The notes under the pieces: generated by a model
Databases searched by the model: none
The model's input: the letters and a program-made list of their open reading frames with translations, nothing else
Told to the model about the DNA's origin: nothing
Shown: positions 25,267 to 39,129 of the stretch, in pieces
Position numbering within the stretch: the stretch's first letter is position 1
Layout of the letters: each line of letters begins with the position of its first letter
Assembly: GCA_046563655.1 (NCBI GenBank)
Contig: CM102290.1
Location: 14,942,001-15,006,000, forward strand
Direction of reading: 5' to 3'
DNA length: 64,000 bases
From: Yuukianura sp. NJ FZ-2021
Taxonomy: Eukaryota
Position numbers and translations under genes: made by a program

Positions 25267-28200
25267 ATGCCGAAGAGTCGGGTCAAGAGTGCAGGGGAAA
25301 TGCCTCTTCCTGCCGGATGGGACATGGCACGAGACTTCGATGGCAAAATCTACTTTATTGACCACAACAGTCATCAAACGACGTGGATCGATCCAAGAGA
25401 CAGGTAAACAATCTTTGTATCTTGATTAACGCTATTCTAATTAGTTGAGTGGATGTGAGGTTCAATCGGTACATCCCAGTTCCATGGTTATCATGAATAC
25501 TTGACTTGGCTCCAAGTCAGGATCGGAATTCGGTTTTTATGAAGTTCGTGTCCTCAGCTTCAGTGAGCATGCCTTGGTAGTACTAAATTTTAATGTGATT
25601 CCTATAACTTTCATTGTCTTACGTAGACATTAACGTCTTTTGATTGTTACGTTAGAAATTGAATAGTTATTTCATGACTACCGTGGAATGTTAATTACCA
25701 ATTGAATTGTGAATTTTAAATGACGTAAGAGAACTCACATTACTGGAGTGCGGTGCTTTACATGGTTACCGGCAGTAACCATTACATTATGTAGCTTACA
25801 TCTTACATGATTACATAATAAATTCCGTGAGTTCTGGTTAGGTCACTGGCCATTTTGGTACGTTAAGTTCCAATGCAACTCAAAGTCCTCCAGAGACGAG
25901 ACAACTTTGTGTCCAATTTCGCATCCGTTGGGATCATTTTTAGTACCGTGCAGAATTTCGCAATCGCAGTCTGTTCATAGTACCTCTTAAATAGACGAAA
26001 GTCACCACAGTAAAGTTCCAAATAATGTCAAAACATTTTTTAGTTTTTGGATTTATCAACGTTTGTCTCTTGCCTGCGGAAGCCAGGTTTTTTTTTCTAC
26101 CAAAATTCCAATGTGGTGATGAGGATTTTTGGTTTTGAGGAAAAACGTATAACGTTTGATAGACTTTTAGCAGAAGCGGCTAAAGACAAAGGGGGGAATA
26201 GTTTGAAAGTGATGAAATAGAGGTGGGAGAGGAATTCGTCAAACAATGTTTGGCGTGTCATCATGATCACACCATGGCATGACCAATTCTTGGTCAATTT
26301 CTTCCCTAATTCTTAAACAGAGTTGCAAAAAAGTATTTTTTTTTAAAATTTGCACATAGTGAGACGGGGTACCCTGGACTAACTTTTGTAGCGAAGGAGT
26401 GGGAGGATGGAATTTTTGGGTATTTATTCAAAAAAGACTACAAGTTTTTTGAAATCTGGAGTTTTAGTTTACAAAGGGACGACAGAATAGGGGAATATTT
26501 ATGTTTCAACTTTTAACTTTGTGTTTTAGTAAGGAAAGTGACATGTCCAAAGATATGATGAAGATGAGTCAGGCACTAGCAATTCCAATGTCTCAAGGTT
26601 TTTAGTCTCTCTCATCCCATATCCGCTTCAAAATTTTCAGTTTAGCAACAATTTTTAGCCTTTCTGCAAAATCAATCGTCAAACAAAACGTCTTTAAAAA
26701 AAATTCAATTCAAACTACAGCTTAATTCTCTAATTTTTTTCTGCTGAACAGCCTCTAAATTGTCGTGACTTTTTAAAAATTTGGTTTTTATCATAATAAC
26801 TTTATTTTCATTCTATACGATGACGTGAGACAAATGCGGAAATTTTATCTTTTGAAAATTCAAAATTTTGGAAAATTTAAATTCATCTTTAGAATTCTAA
26901 AAGTTTTGATTGCGTGACTTGTGTGTTGGAGTGAAATTTGTAAAAAATGAGGTGTTGTTGGAATTTGGGGGACAAGAGAGGAGGGAGTGCCCTTGAAGGG
27001 GATGGGGGTACTTGGAGTGAGGCCTTGATTGACGAGGGAAGGTTAAAAAACAATAGGAAGGGCTCCCTTGAGGTTTTCATGAGGAACACAACATGAAGAA
27101 TGCTACTGGTCTTACGCTTGAGGTCCAACATTTTAGTTTCATGCATTTTTTTAAAGCCATACTAAAAAGACTACAAGGTGGGATGATAGGCTATAACTGA
27201 TAGGTATAACAATGGTGTGTAAACTGTTGGAGATGTGTTTTTTACACAGTAGAGGAGATGAGATGTGTTTTTTGTGTAAGGGTGCGTCCCTTCTCATGAA
27301 AGTACTACATGAATTCCTCATTTTTTGTGTGAGCATGGCTTAACGGAGTGACACTTCACACCTTAACTGATTCTCAAACTTTATCTGGAGTAGAATCAAA
27401 GAATAAATTTATATTAAAATGAGAACTGTGTTTAAAAAAATAAATATAAAATAGCTATTTTAATACTAAAGAAATGTGAGTTTTGTTTGTCTGTCTGTAA
27501 GCTGATATTTTTAAATTTTTCGGTGTTTGAAAAGTTGACAAATTTGGTGAAGAATATTTGCTAATTTGGAATATAAACTTAAAAAAAAGATTAATAGTTT
27601 TTAAAAAAGGAGAAAAATTGGGAAATTGTAATTAAGACCATTAAACGGGTTTGGGGCGGAGCCCCAGCGAGAATGGGCAGCATTCTTGTATATTTAAAAT
27701 AAATGTAAAAAATGTAAAATGAAATATGTGAAGTATAAAATGAAGTATGTAAAATGTAAACTGTGGAATGTAGAGTAGTGTAAAAAGTAAAACTTTGAAG
27801 GAGTGACTTTGGAATGTTTTAATGTGTGTTTCAGACTCACCAAACCAGCTACATTTGCGGATTGCGTGGGAAATGAACTGCCGATTGGGTGGGAACAGGC
27901 CTATGACCCTCTCATTGGAGCCTACTACATTGACCACAACAGTCGTAAGTTAAACTCCTACTCCATTCACTTCCATACAATGAATGTGAATGTGACGAAC
28001 AATGGGACAGGGATGTGTGAGTGACCATCATCTCAAGATGGGATTTGGACGAATTCCTATCACTTTGCCAAATGGGATGAAATGCAACTGGCAACATTGC
28101 CACCATATTCCCAATTATCTGCTCTGCAATGTTGCCACTCCCAAGTCATTTTCTCACTTACAAACTTTAAATTTTAATTTTGGTGGATTTGAGCAATGAT

Positions 28201-31200
28201 GTGAGCGATAGAGAGACTATGAGGGGCGATGCGTTGCTTTTAAATTGAGTATTTTTTGAGAAATGACTCTGAAGAGTTGGCAAAAAATTGGAGTTGACTT
28301 GTGACCTTTTATAAGCGAAAGTTAAAGTCTTGCTGTTGGTTTTTTTTTTTGGTAAGAAGCGTATGTTGAATTTCTAAATTTTCCAGTTTGTTTAGTTGTG
28401 CATGGAGTTGCTGATATGTCTTGTTGTTATCTTTTAGTTACTAAAACACTTTAGGATTCAATTCTTGTGATTGTGAGAGTGGAAGACTCAAATTCCTACT
28501 TTTTCTAATCCACTCTCCAGCTTTTGTAGTTGAACTCTGCCAGTTCCAGGTTATTAGCGCGAAAACAATAACCGCGAAATCGACAACTTGGCAACACTGG
28601 GCGCTATTATTAATGAAACCTAACGGAAATCCCTTCAAAAATCTAACACGGTTCAAATTTCTAACACTAATTTCATTTGGTTGCATTGTTGCCACCAAGA
28701 TGGCAACAATGACCTGCTATACGCCTTTTTTAAGTTAGCCTTAGATCTTACAAGATGAGAGTTTGGGATAAGAAAACAAGTTTGGTATGTTGGAATTTAG
28801 TCCAATTATGGGCACTTTAATTTATGGTGGAGGGAGTAACTATGGTTGGGAGAGAGCGTGATTACTAATGAAATGTTTATTGGTTTGGCTACTGTGTTAC
28901 AACCTACAACTAATTTGGACATTTGAACTTGTTTCCGAGGACTTGAAGGGACTTTTATAGCTTGGAGTGGATTTTGTATGGATCTAATTAATTGTAGTTC
29001 CAAATGTCTACAAGTTAAGTGTCGTGTAATTGGGGCATAAAACTGGAACAGCTTTTGACAAAATTTAAAACTTTTCATTCCTTTTCTCAAATTTCGACTT
29101 ATTTGAATTTTGAGATTGATTTTTTTAAATTTTAGAGCGGACGCAAATCGAGGATCCGCACCAGAGCTGGCGAGCGTACCAAGAAGCTATGTTACGTGAC
29201 TACCTCAACACTGCCTCGGAAGAACTACAAGTGAGTGGCGCTTTTTAATTTGTTCAACATGCGAAACTTTAGTTTAGCTTCTTTGGACGAAAGTTGTAAG
29301 CGGACAGGGGTGTCATAAATCAAAGATTTTAAAAGAAGAGAGGCTCGAGGGAGTTGTTTGGAAGGAAATTTCATAAGAAACAAACATCCTCTTGCGAAAG
29401 ACGTAAAAATTAACAAAAACATAAGTTCAAACTTCAGTTCTTTCCTAAACGAATTAAAAATACTCAAATTTTACAACGAAGTACTGCGCTTTTCAAATTA
29501 GAATGATCTTGCCTGCCATTTAATTTGAGTTTTGGATCAGAAATTAGACAAAATCTGAATTTAAGTTCAGTTGGCGTTGCTAAAATTTGACTTTTGAGTT
29601 GATTTGACTTTTGTGAACTGTGAATTTTGAAATGTATTTTTTTGTTGATGGAATTTGTTGGGACGAATGCGGAAGAGGTAGATTTGAGTGTGAGTGGAGA
29701 AGTGATTGTGTATTTGTGTTGGGATCATGAATTTGGGTTTGTTTGGGAAGGCGGAATTCCGTTGTTTGGTGGAATGTGATGTTTGTACTGAGACTAAGTT
29801 GGAATTTGGCACCCACGAAAGTTACCTCAGAAGATGTTTGAGTGATGTTTGGAAGATGGTTGCGTGGGTTGGAGAAATGCAGGTAGTAAAAGACTAAATT
29901 CCAATCCCACCAACTTCCACGTGGAGCAGATCGAGAGATGAGGAATGCGAAAAATGGAGGAAAGTAAGAATTTGCAGAGTTGGGAGATGGAGGAGTGGAG
30001 GGGCTAAGTTCATCTCTCAGGAATGTGCTCGTAGTTTCACTTTCAACAATGGAAATTCAGTGATTGACTTTTTGTTGGGGGAGATTGAGTTTTGGGGTGG
30101 TTGGTGAATGTTGTTTCTGTGTATGGAGACCAAGTCCTTTGGTTAGGCTTCTACCCTAAATCCTCGATTATACCGCGCATTCGCCCACACTTTTAACTTT
30201 TTATTACCTAATTGACTTTTTATTAATTAACTTGTTATTAATTAATTCCTGTTCATAAGGTTGACAAATCCAACCGCAGTGGTAAGCAGTAAAGTATTAG
30301 AAAAATTTGTTTTAAATTATAAATAATTTATTCAATTATAAGTTTATATTTATAAATTATAATTATGGTATAAATATTAAATTATAAATTAATACTAAAT
30401 TATATAGGTTTTCATTTAATTACAATTTTGGATAAGATAAGAATAGGAAATTAGTTTTTTTTTTAATTTTGTAGTTTCTGGCTTAATTTAACCGATACAA
30501 CATTTTTTTTTGTTTTGGTGAAAAAAAGAGGGCGAGCGCTATATGCGAGTATTTAGTGTGTGTGTGATGTTGGTAGGGATTTGTGGTTGGAATCGGAGGA
30601 GAGTTTAGCCAACAAATTCATGGTCTGGTATTTGGTTTGCATCTGCTGTCTTCACTTTAACTTCTGCTCAACATTCCACTGCATTCCGATCACCAATCCT
30701 AAAGAATCCCATGGAACATCACACTATAGCACTTTGTCTAGCTCCTTTAGACCCACGCACGTCAACCTTACTACCACTTCTTTTACTTTTGAGATGTGAC
30801 CTCAAATAGTGACCGTCAGACACAGAGATGACGTGGGGAATGGAATTAGGCTATGGAATCCAATGTTACTTTTTCAAACTAAAGTTTAGGCTGGACTCAA
30901 ATTTTACATTTCACAAAAATAGGCAGAATTTAAGATGTAAAAAGTGAAAATAGAATTGAAATGTTGGATTTGACACCCGCCCATCGTTTATAGTTTGAGA
31001 TTGGTCAATTAAAGAACATGGCCAATTTATTGTGGAACACAATGAGGACTTAATTTTAAAAACAAAAGAGAGTCACCTTGTGTGAATTAAGTTAAATGTT
31101 GTTTGTCTCAATTCAATTGACTATTAACATTCCGCTCTTAATATTCCTTCACACCTCCCCCCGCCCTTGTACCACACCTAAAAACTCCAAAATCCAAGAG

Positions 31201-34200
31201 GTTTGAAGTGTAGTTGTTAAAATTTGGAGAACAATGGATGCTAAATGTCATGTTCAATTTGTAACGGACTTAAAACCCCACGTCAGACGACATTAATGTC
31301 CTCTGACGTCTTCAGTAGAGGACAACTCTTATGAAAGTTAACATTGTTTATGATTTTTACGATTTTAGGAACAAATTGTTTTGACTCGTGCGGTCAGTCG
31401 TAAAAGTGGCGTTTTGCAATTTGTAATTTGTTTTGATTTTTGCAGGCTAAGAAGGAGACGCTGGATGTGAAGATCCGGAGACTCGGAATTGCGGAAGATG
31501 AGTATCAACATCTAAATTCTGCACTGAATGGACTCCACAGTGCGTCTTCTACTTCATCATGTAAGATTTGAAATTTTGAAAGGAATTTTGAGATTTGTGA
31601 AGATGTGGTTGTTGGATTTGTAGTGGCGAGCACAGCGACGTCGTCTTCATCACGCTATGACCCTGACCTTCTGAAGCAAGATGTGTCGCTGGCCAAGATG
31701 CGAGTTCAGCGCCTGAGGCAGGAACTGGACCACATCAGACAAGAGGTGACGATGAAGCAGCAAGGTCTCAACACTTTGTCCAGCGTTGAGCAGAAGTTGT
31801 CCAGTGGAAACTGCTACACGGTGGGAGAAGCACAGGCAATCATGAGTGAGCTAAGAAGTATTCAGTCCTCGTTGCAATCCGGTGAGAAGGAGAGGGCGGA
31901 CCTTATGCACAGTTTGGCAAGGCACAAGGAGGATTTGACAAGGCTCCAAACGCTTGACAGTTCTCCAGACGTGTCCACTCTTAGCATTCCAATCGAAAAG
32001 TTCAGTACTGCCTCACAAACTGATCTCTCGGGCGAGGTAAGGCACAATTTCAACCAAGGTTCCTTGACAACGAAAAGTTAATTTTCTTTAACATGTTGGA
32101 TACTTCCTCGCTTGTTGACAAGAAAACGAAAAAACAACAAAAAATACTCATTTTTGGTACCAATCCAAAAAATTCGTACCAAATTTGTATGCAAAATTTA
32201 AAAAAATTAACTGTATTGTTATGACTACGATGCCCCGAAATTACCCAATACCCAACCTGTTAAAGAAAATCAAAAGTCAAACGTTGGTTTTAATTGAATT
32301 TAAATTTTAGTTAACTTTGGAAAAGGTTTTGTAAATGATTTTTGTTTGTAGCTGGTGCCGCTTGGGGCGAGGCTGGCAGAAATGGCTAGACTGCGACTGC
32401 GTTACGACGAGTACCGAAGAGACGTGCAGCACATTCAGCGCCGACTGTCTGAGTTGGAGGAGAGTGTGGAACCAGGAGAAATGGAGTCAGACAAAGACAG
32501 ACTCCTCCTCTTCCAGGAGAAGGAGCAACTGCTGAGGGAACTGCGCAGTATTTGTCCAAAGTCAAGACCACCCAATGAAATTACTGGAATTAACACAGAG
32601 ATTCAAAGACTGGAGACAGATTTGAGTATGGCAGCAGACATGGCCAAGAGGAACATTGCCGATAGACTGAGACTGCATGAGGAAAAGCAAGGATTACTCC
32701 ACAAGTTGAGAGATGCACTCAATTCCATGGCCATGTTAGAAGGAAAACTCAAATCGCTGTCAGCCAGTACGCTCAGCATGTCCTCCAGCTCGTCTCTCGC
32801 TTCGCTCAGCTCAAGTCAAGCCTCGAGCAAGGTGAATTTTCAATTCGGGAAGGAATAATCCATTACTGAAATCGGAGTGAAAGTAATCGATTTCTGATTG
32901 TTGCAGGGGTCGTTGTCGAGTTTGAGTTTTACGGACATCTATGGAGCTCCGTCAACGCAACCTGATGGAGTCAACATTGTAGATTTGCATCGCCGAGTTG
33001 AAATTTTACTTCAGGTATGGACTTTTCCCTTGAAAACTTTTTGAGTTGTAAAATGTAAAATGTTGATGGGCAAAAGTTGAATTGTCAATTCCTGTGCCAA
33101 GGAATTTGTCATTGACATTCTAAGTTGTTGGATTGTGTGTGAATGGCCTCTAAAACAGTTTCCATGAAACTATTCACGGCATCAACACTTCTTTTGTCCA
33201 AATCCCATCAACAGAATCCTTTTGTTTTGTTTTAAAAAACATTTTTTGAACAAGGTCGGTGTAAATTTTTAATTGTATGAATTTTTTTAAAATCTAAAAC
33301 AGGCTTCCAATGCATCACCGAATCCTAATTTTGCGTCAAACTGTGACGCCTGTGAACCAGGAGCTCAACCACCGACCGTCTTCAGTTCCAATCCGACCAT
33401 CCTCCAACCACTGCCTCCCGTAATTGAAGATGAGAGGTCACAAGGTCACGGGGGGTCAGCGACTCATCTCCAGTTGATGGGCCCTTCAGTGTCACTTCCA
33501 TCTTTGTCACCCAGAAGCTCTTTGTCCTCAGTGTCGCCACCAGTGTCGCCATATGAAGTTGGACCGCCACCGTCATATGAACAAGCCTTTATTGAGAAAC
33601 AAAGAAGATTTGGTGGAGCAGTCAGTGCCCCACCAAGCGGAATCCCGGCAGACCTGGAAGACAAACTGACTGAACTGTCGCTGTATGCTGAAAAGCGATA
33701 TGAGGTTTGTAAACTTTTTTTAAAAAGTTTTATTCAAATTCTTTTTGCATCTACATTTGAAAAAAAAAAGTCAGGCGGAGATGATGACTTTGAAAACAAA
33801 ATTTTTATGACGGGACTAAAGTTGTAATGTGAGTACATGCCCATTTCTAAATCAAATGACACTCAAATTAAATAACTTCTTTTTATTGTCATTTGAACTT
33901 TTTTTTTTTGACAAAAACAACTTTGGTCCGTGTCGTTGTCAACATAAAAAAAATTAGCACGGTGCTATTAAGGGAGTGGCCTCAAAGGAATTTCATTCAC
34001 AATTTTCACACAAACTTGTTTTTTAAGGAAACAATCGTTTTTTTTTATTACGATTTTCCATTAGTTTGTTTGTAAGAAGATATGACGAGGTTAGGCTAGG
34101 CAAACTCAACAAAAGTTTCAACAAAAGTTTGTAGTTTAATTGAATGAACATGAACCAACATCGTTTTTTATTGTGCTTTTAATACTCTTGTTTTAAACCA

Positions 34201-37200
34201 AGTTGTTTTTGAATGAGATAGAAATCAACAAGGTTTGAAATTTCGGTTTGAGCTAAACAGAATACGTTTGAATTTTGATTTATTGAGTCTCATTTACATC
34301 AACTCTTTTTTTCCCCGAATTTTCGAAGAAAAAAACTAACTTTTTTTTTGTGCCAAATTGGATGAGATAGACGGAGAGACGGTTCTTGGAAGAAGTTCTT
34401 GTTGAATCTCGGGGAGTTTCCATACTAAAAAGCTATTTTTTGTTGAACTTTTGCCATTTTACTATAAACTAAAACCAGGTATTTTTGTATATAAGAGGAA
34501 ACGACTCATGTCGTCATTCCGAGAGCATGTTAAGGTTCCGAAGAATTTCTCAGAATTCGGGAGTTGAATTCTTGGCGAGAAGATGAGACTCTCTTTTCCA
34601 TTTTTCACTTTTTTTTTTACTTTACAATTTCTTTAGGAAGAAGTTTAGGAATGACCTCGGAAAATTGAAGTTGATGACTTTTTAATTGAAAATCGTGATT
34701 TTTGATTTGTAGGTAGAAAAGTCAGGGTCCTACTCAGCTCTACCTCCTCTGTCACCTATTTCTGAGTACGTTCCAGCAGAAGATTCGAATATGGAGGAGT
34801 CACAGGAAGATGTTTCTTCGGGAAGGATTCCAGGGACGTCGTCAGGCACAAATACTCGCTCAGTATCCGCAGCAGTGAGTGACGAATCAGTGGCAGGGGA
34901 CAGCGGAGTCTTTGAGGCTTCCAACAATCGACTCAAACCGGACAACAACACTCTACGCGATTTCTCAGAGTCTGTTCAGGTTCAACTGAAGCTCAGGTGA
35001 GAAAAGAGCTATACAGTTTTAAAATATGGAAACAGAAAAATAGGATGAAAGAAACGAAAAATTATGGTCAAACTGCCAAAAAATTTGATAAAAAATAGGA
35101 TTAACTGATCAATGTATTTTTGTTTTTAGGTATTCTATGGTGGATTCTGTACTTCATATAGGAATTGAAAGGGCACGAAACCTCCACTTGTTGTGCTTGC
35201 CAGAGGATCATAAAGTGTAAGTTTTGAATTGGTTAGATTTAAATTTTTAAACTAAATTGTGAAGAGTTTTGCTAATTTTTTGTGTTTGACTTGGTGTTAG
35301 GTGTTTCCGAATTGTCCTTCTACCGGCAATTCCAAATACTGCGTGCCAATTTTGTACGAAGTTTGTAAAAGGAGAGAACAAAGTTACAATTGGAGATGTC
35401 TTTCCTATTACGCTTCCTCTCAACAAATTATTTGGCAAGACTCTTCAGATTAATGTCTTTGGCGTCTCAACGTCTGGCTATGATCACTGTCTCGTAAGAC
35501 TTTTTTTTATCAAATGAAAAATCATGTGTAATATACTGGACGATGCAGAAGATGTGAAAACGTAAACTTCTAATTTTTTTTAATTTTTAGGGATGTGCTC
35601 AAGTTAGTCTGGCGGATTTCAAGGCCGATTGTTCGTCCACCCGATGGTACAACATGCTGAGTTTCAATTTGTTTCCGGCAGAGGGGGAGAGGGGGCGTGA
35701 CGACCAGTCGCTAAAACAGGCCGTTCAGCCGCTGGAACCAGAAAGTTCTGGAGTTGTCCAGTCTGCTCATGGAAAACAAGAAAGTGAAATTAGTCTGTCG
35801 TATCCCTCAGGAAGACAAACGAATTTGAAAGAGGAATCTAGTGACGAGTCGACCATCATTTCTTCACAGACGTCAACTCTTACGAGAACAATCGGTCAGT
35901 TTTAAAGTTTTTTTTGCAACTTACTGAAAAGTTGACATTTAATGTTGATTTTTTTGATGTGAACGTTTAGAACGTGAAGGATTTCATGGGGAGAGCATGG
36001 ACAAATGGCATCAGAGAGCTGCCGAATGGAGATGTGCTCCGGAAGTTTTGAATGAAAGTGGAGATGAGGATGAAGATGACGACGGATCTTCGCAGAACGA
36101 AGACGAAGTGTTGGAAATGGGCGAAGATGGGGACTATGCTGAAGTAATTTATGAAGAGATTTCACCAGAGATGGAAGACAAGGCTACGAATACGGATGGA
36201 GTTTTTGTGCAGACGAGAGGTCATCACAGGGTCAGGGGTACTTCGGCACAGAAGGGGTCCATCGTCATTAAGCGCTCTCAGACGTTCTCTCCAAGTGCAG
36301 CAGTCAGCAAGCGGGAATATGTTTGTCGGGTAAGTTGTACTTTAGTCCAGGGTACAGTTTGGCGTTGTATTTGCTATATTTGTACCAAGTTTTTTGAAAA
36401 TTGTGTTTTTGTGTGTTTTAGTTGAATCGAAGTGAGAGTGATAGCTCGATGCCACTGTACCGAAAAGTAGCAGGAACTGGGTCTCTTGGCAACATCGTCG
36501 ACATTGAACCGGAAACTGGTCGGAGAGGTGTAGATGTGAAGGAGATGTTCATGAGGGGGTCTGTGGACAGACGGTCTCTACGCTGGAAGCGATCTGGCTC
36601 AACATCTTCACTTCAACTCCTGCAACACCACAAACCAAAGTCAATGATTCCGACCGTTGGAACTTCTCTAGATTTGGAATTGGACAGACAGGTGAACTTT
36701 TAAAATGCTTAACATGGAACTAATTAAGATTTTGTTATAAAATTGGGGTATTAACGGTAGAAAGTTTAGTTATTGCTAAAAGTCATGACTGACACTGTAT
36801 GTGGTTGTTTAGGCACAACATTGCCGCCTTGAAGCCTTGCAAGCAGAAATTAGTCGTCTGAAGGCTCTAAAGGAAGAACTGGAAGAGGCCAAAGCAGTCG
36901 GAGATTCAGAGAGGATGAACATTTTGCTGGATGATAGTCGACTCCAGACTCTGTTCAAATCCCTTCCACCCTTCTCACCATCGGATCAGTTTCAAGGAAA
37001 TGAAAATGTGAAAATGGAAAAGTTACTCAAGAAGACATCCAAAGAAATTTACAAGTTGAGAAAAAGCAAAGCACCACGAGGAACGCCCGACGTAATCTCG
37101 TTCAAGTGCGTACACCCACAGTTTTAGTAAAACTGTTTTACAATTGTTGTTTCAGTCAAACTTAATTCTTAATCATTTTGTTGTTATTAAAACAGGGAGA

Positions 37201-37523
37201 AGATGGCGTTCTTCACTCATACTCACACGCCACCACCGATTCCGCTCCCGATGGACTTCTGCCTCGAATCCATTTGTGAAGATGGACACATCCCTCTGTA
37301 TCTTCCACCAAAAACGAACGCATCAACAGCTTCAACAAGCAGCTCACTACTAGATCAAACTAAAAAGACTGAAACTGATGATAGAAACCACTCCAGAAGA
37401 CCCCTACCACCGCCCCCTTCAAGTCCATCTCCCCACCAGCAGCGTCCTCCACTCGAACTTCCTCCATCCCCCACTACTCGAGCCAAAACGAAGACTCGAA
37501 TTGACTGTGTAGCTCAACTTTAA
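25267..37523 (+). CDS. kibra: Kibra / WWC family Hippo-pathway scaffold (two WW domains, coiled coils, C2 domain), 16 exons, about 1325 aa
   Basis: Exons 25267-25403, 27835-27944, 29136-29230, 31446-31560, 31624-32036, 32352-32831, 32907-33014, 33303-33704, 34713-34996, 35130-35216, 35301-35493, 35591-35894, 35971-36329, 36422-36691, 36813-37105, 37196-37523. All introns are GT-AG and phase-consistent; total 3978 nt. Motifs: WW1 [34 protein letters not shown]2 [84 protein letters not shown]. Confidence 0.97.
32055..32286. mobile_element. CAAGGTT-ended MITE, subfamily A, in kibra intron 5
   Basis: Colinear with 12252-12499. The right end is degenerate (AACGTTG) and the TSD is degenerate (5/8). 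Confidence 0.85.
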
Positions 37524-38912
37524 GAAAAAGTTAAAACTTTAGTTGAAACTTTCAACTTGAAAGTTAAACTTTGCCTTTTGTTTGTGTGGCCATCCGCTTT
37601 TAGACTGCCTCAATCCCCAAAACGGAGCCATTTCCACTCAATCCACGTCTTCCAAATAAGCCATCCCTCCACCTTCAAAACATCATAACTTAAGTCATCA
37701 CATTACTAAGAAGTTGTTAGATTAACTTAGAGTAGGAGCAACAGTGACAAAGGTGCCTTCTAGAAATTGTTAAGTTAAGGATTGTTGATTCAACATTTGT
37801 TGGACGAAGATTTATTTCGTTCAGAACTGGACAATAGTGACGGTTTGTTTGAGTTTTTAAGGAAAGGGTTTTTGAAAAGCTAGAAGCAAAAGTACAACAA
37901 AAGTGTAGGATGTTGATCACAAAAGAATTTTAAATTATTTTTAGGCTTTTTTGGAAGCTCACCAACTAACTTGTTTTACTTGTCAGTCGAATGCAACTTA
38001 TGATTCGTATTTCTAGGTAAGAAGTTTAGATTTGAGAGAGTTTTAAAGTAGAGTTCTAAAATATTTTAAAAAGAGAAATTGAAATTGAACTCACTATGAA
38101 ACATGAACTTGTGAACGGAACAAAGTTTGGGAGGACTGTTGAAGAAATTGCAACTGTGTTCACAAATTACTCAGGAGGTTTAAATATTTTAAATTAATTA
38201 CAATTTATTAAAGAAAGTTTAGAATAGAAATTGTGTTTAAGAAGAAGGAAACAAATTGACTGCCTTTTCAGCTCTCCACAAAATCCTACGTGTAAGGATG
38301 AGTGCCTTCTTTACCACTTTTGACTTTTGTTTTTCATTGCCTTTGAACAGAGTTTGAGCTAGTTTTAAAAAGTTTAAATTAAACTTAATTACAATTAATG
38401 AAGTTTTAAATGTAGTTTGTACTAAGGAGGAGCAGTGCTGCTTGAAGCAAACTCTATACACCTTGTACCAAACTAAAAAAGAGTAAGAACGCAGCTTGAC
38501 TTAAGAAAATGTTTGTGCCTTTCACCAGCTAAGTTTTAAAATATTTTAGAAAAGAAAAAGAAACGAAAGTGACTATAAAATGAACCCACCAAAATTTAGT
38601 TTTTAGAAACATTTTGAAATACGTTAAACTTAGATTTGTAAGTTTTAAAGATGGAAAGTTAATTTTAAGAACGAGTGCCTCGTTGACATCTTGGGATGAG
38701 CCAAAACTGTGCTGTGAGTGGAGCTTTGTGTTCTTTAAAGCTCGAAAGAAAAAAAGAAAATTGTGGTTTGCTAAGATAAATTGTTAATTTACGGAAAAGT
38801 TAATAGTTGTGTAATTAACGAACGTAAAAAAATCTATTTTTAAGAAAAATCCTATCTGAAAAGTTGTCGCCCTCATTTAATCAAAACGAAGAACCCAAAA
38901 ACAATTCTTGTT

Positions 38913-38918
38913 AATAAA
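38913..38918 (+). terminator. Candidate kibra polyadenylation signal
   Basis: AATAAA about 1.4 kb after the stop, followed by a T/GT-rich tract at about 38941-38958. Confidence 0.5.
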
Positions 38919-39129
38919 GATTTTTATCTCAAAACGAAAATTTATGTTTCTGTTTTCTAGAGGCCGTACATGCCAAACGACACCTCGATATGGATTACAA
39001 TTTCTCTTAAAATAAAAAATTACCTCGAAAGTCTCGAGAAGGTCTGTTTTTAGCGAATTTTTTGCACCATAATGTGTTAAATGCTGTTCTGCAATCTTTG
39101 TCCGTTCCGGAGATATGCATTTTCAATTT

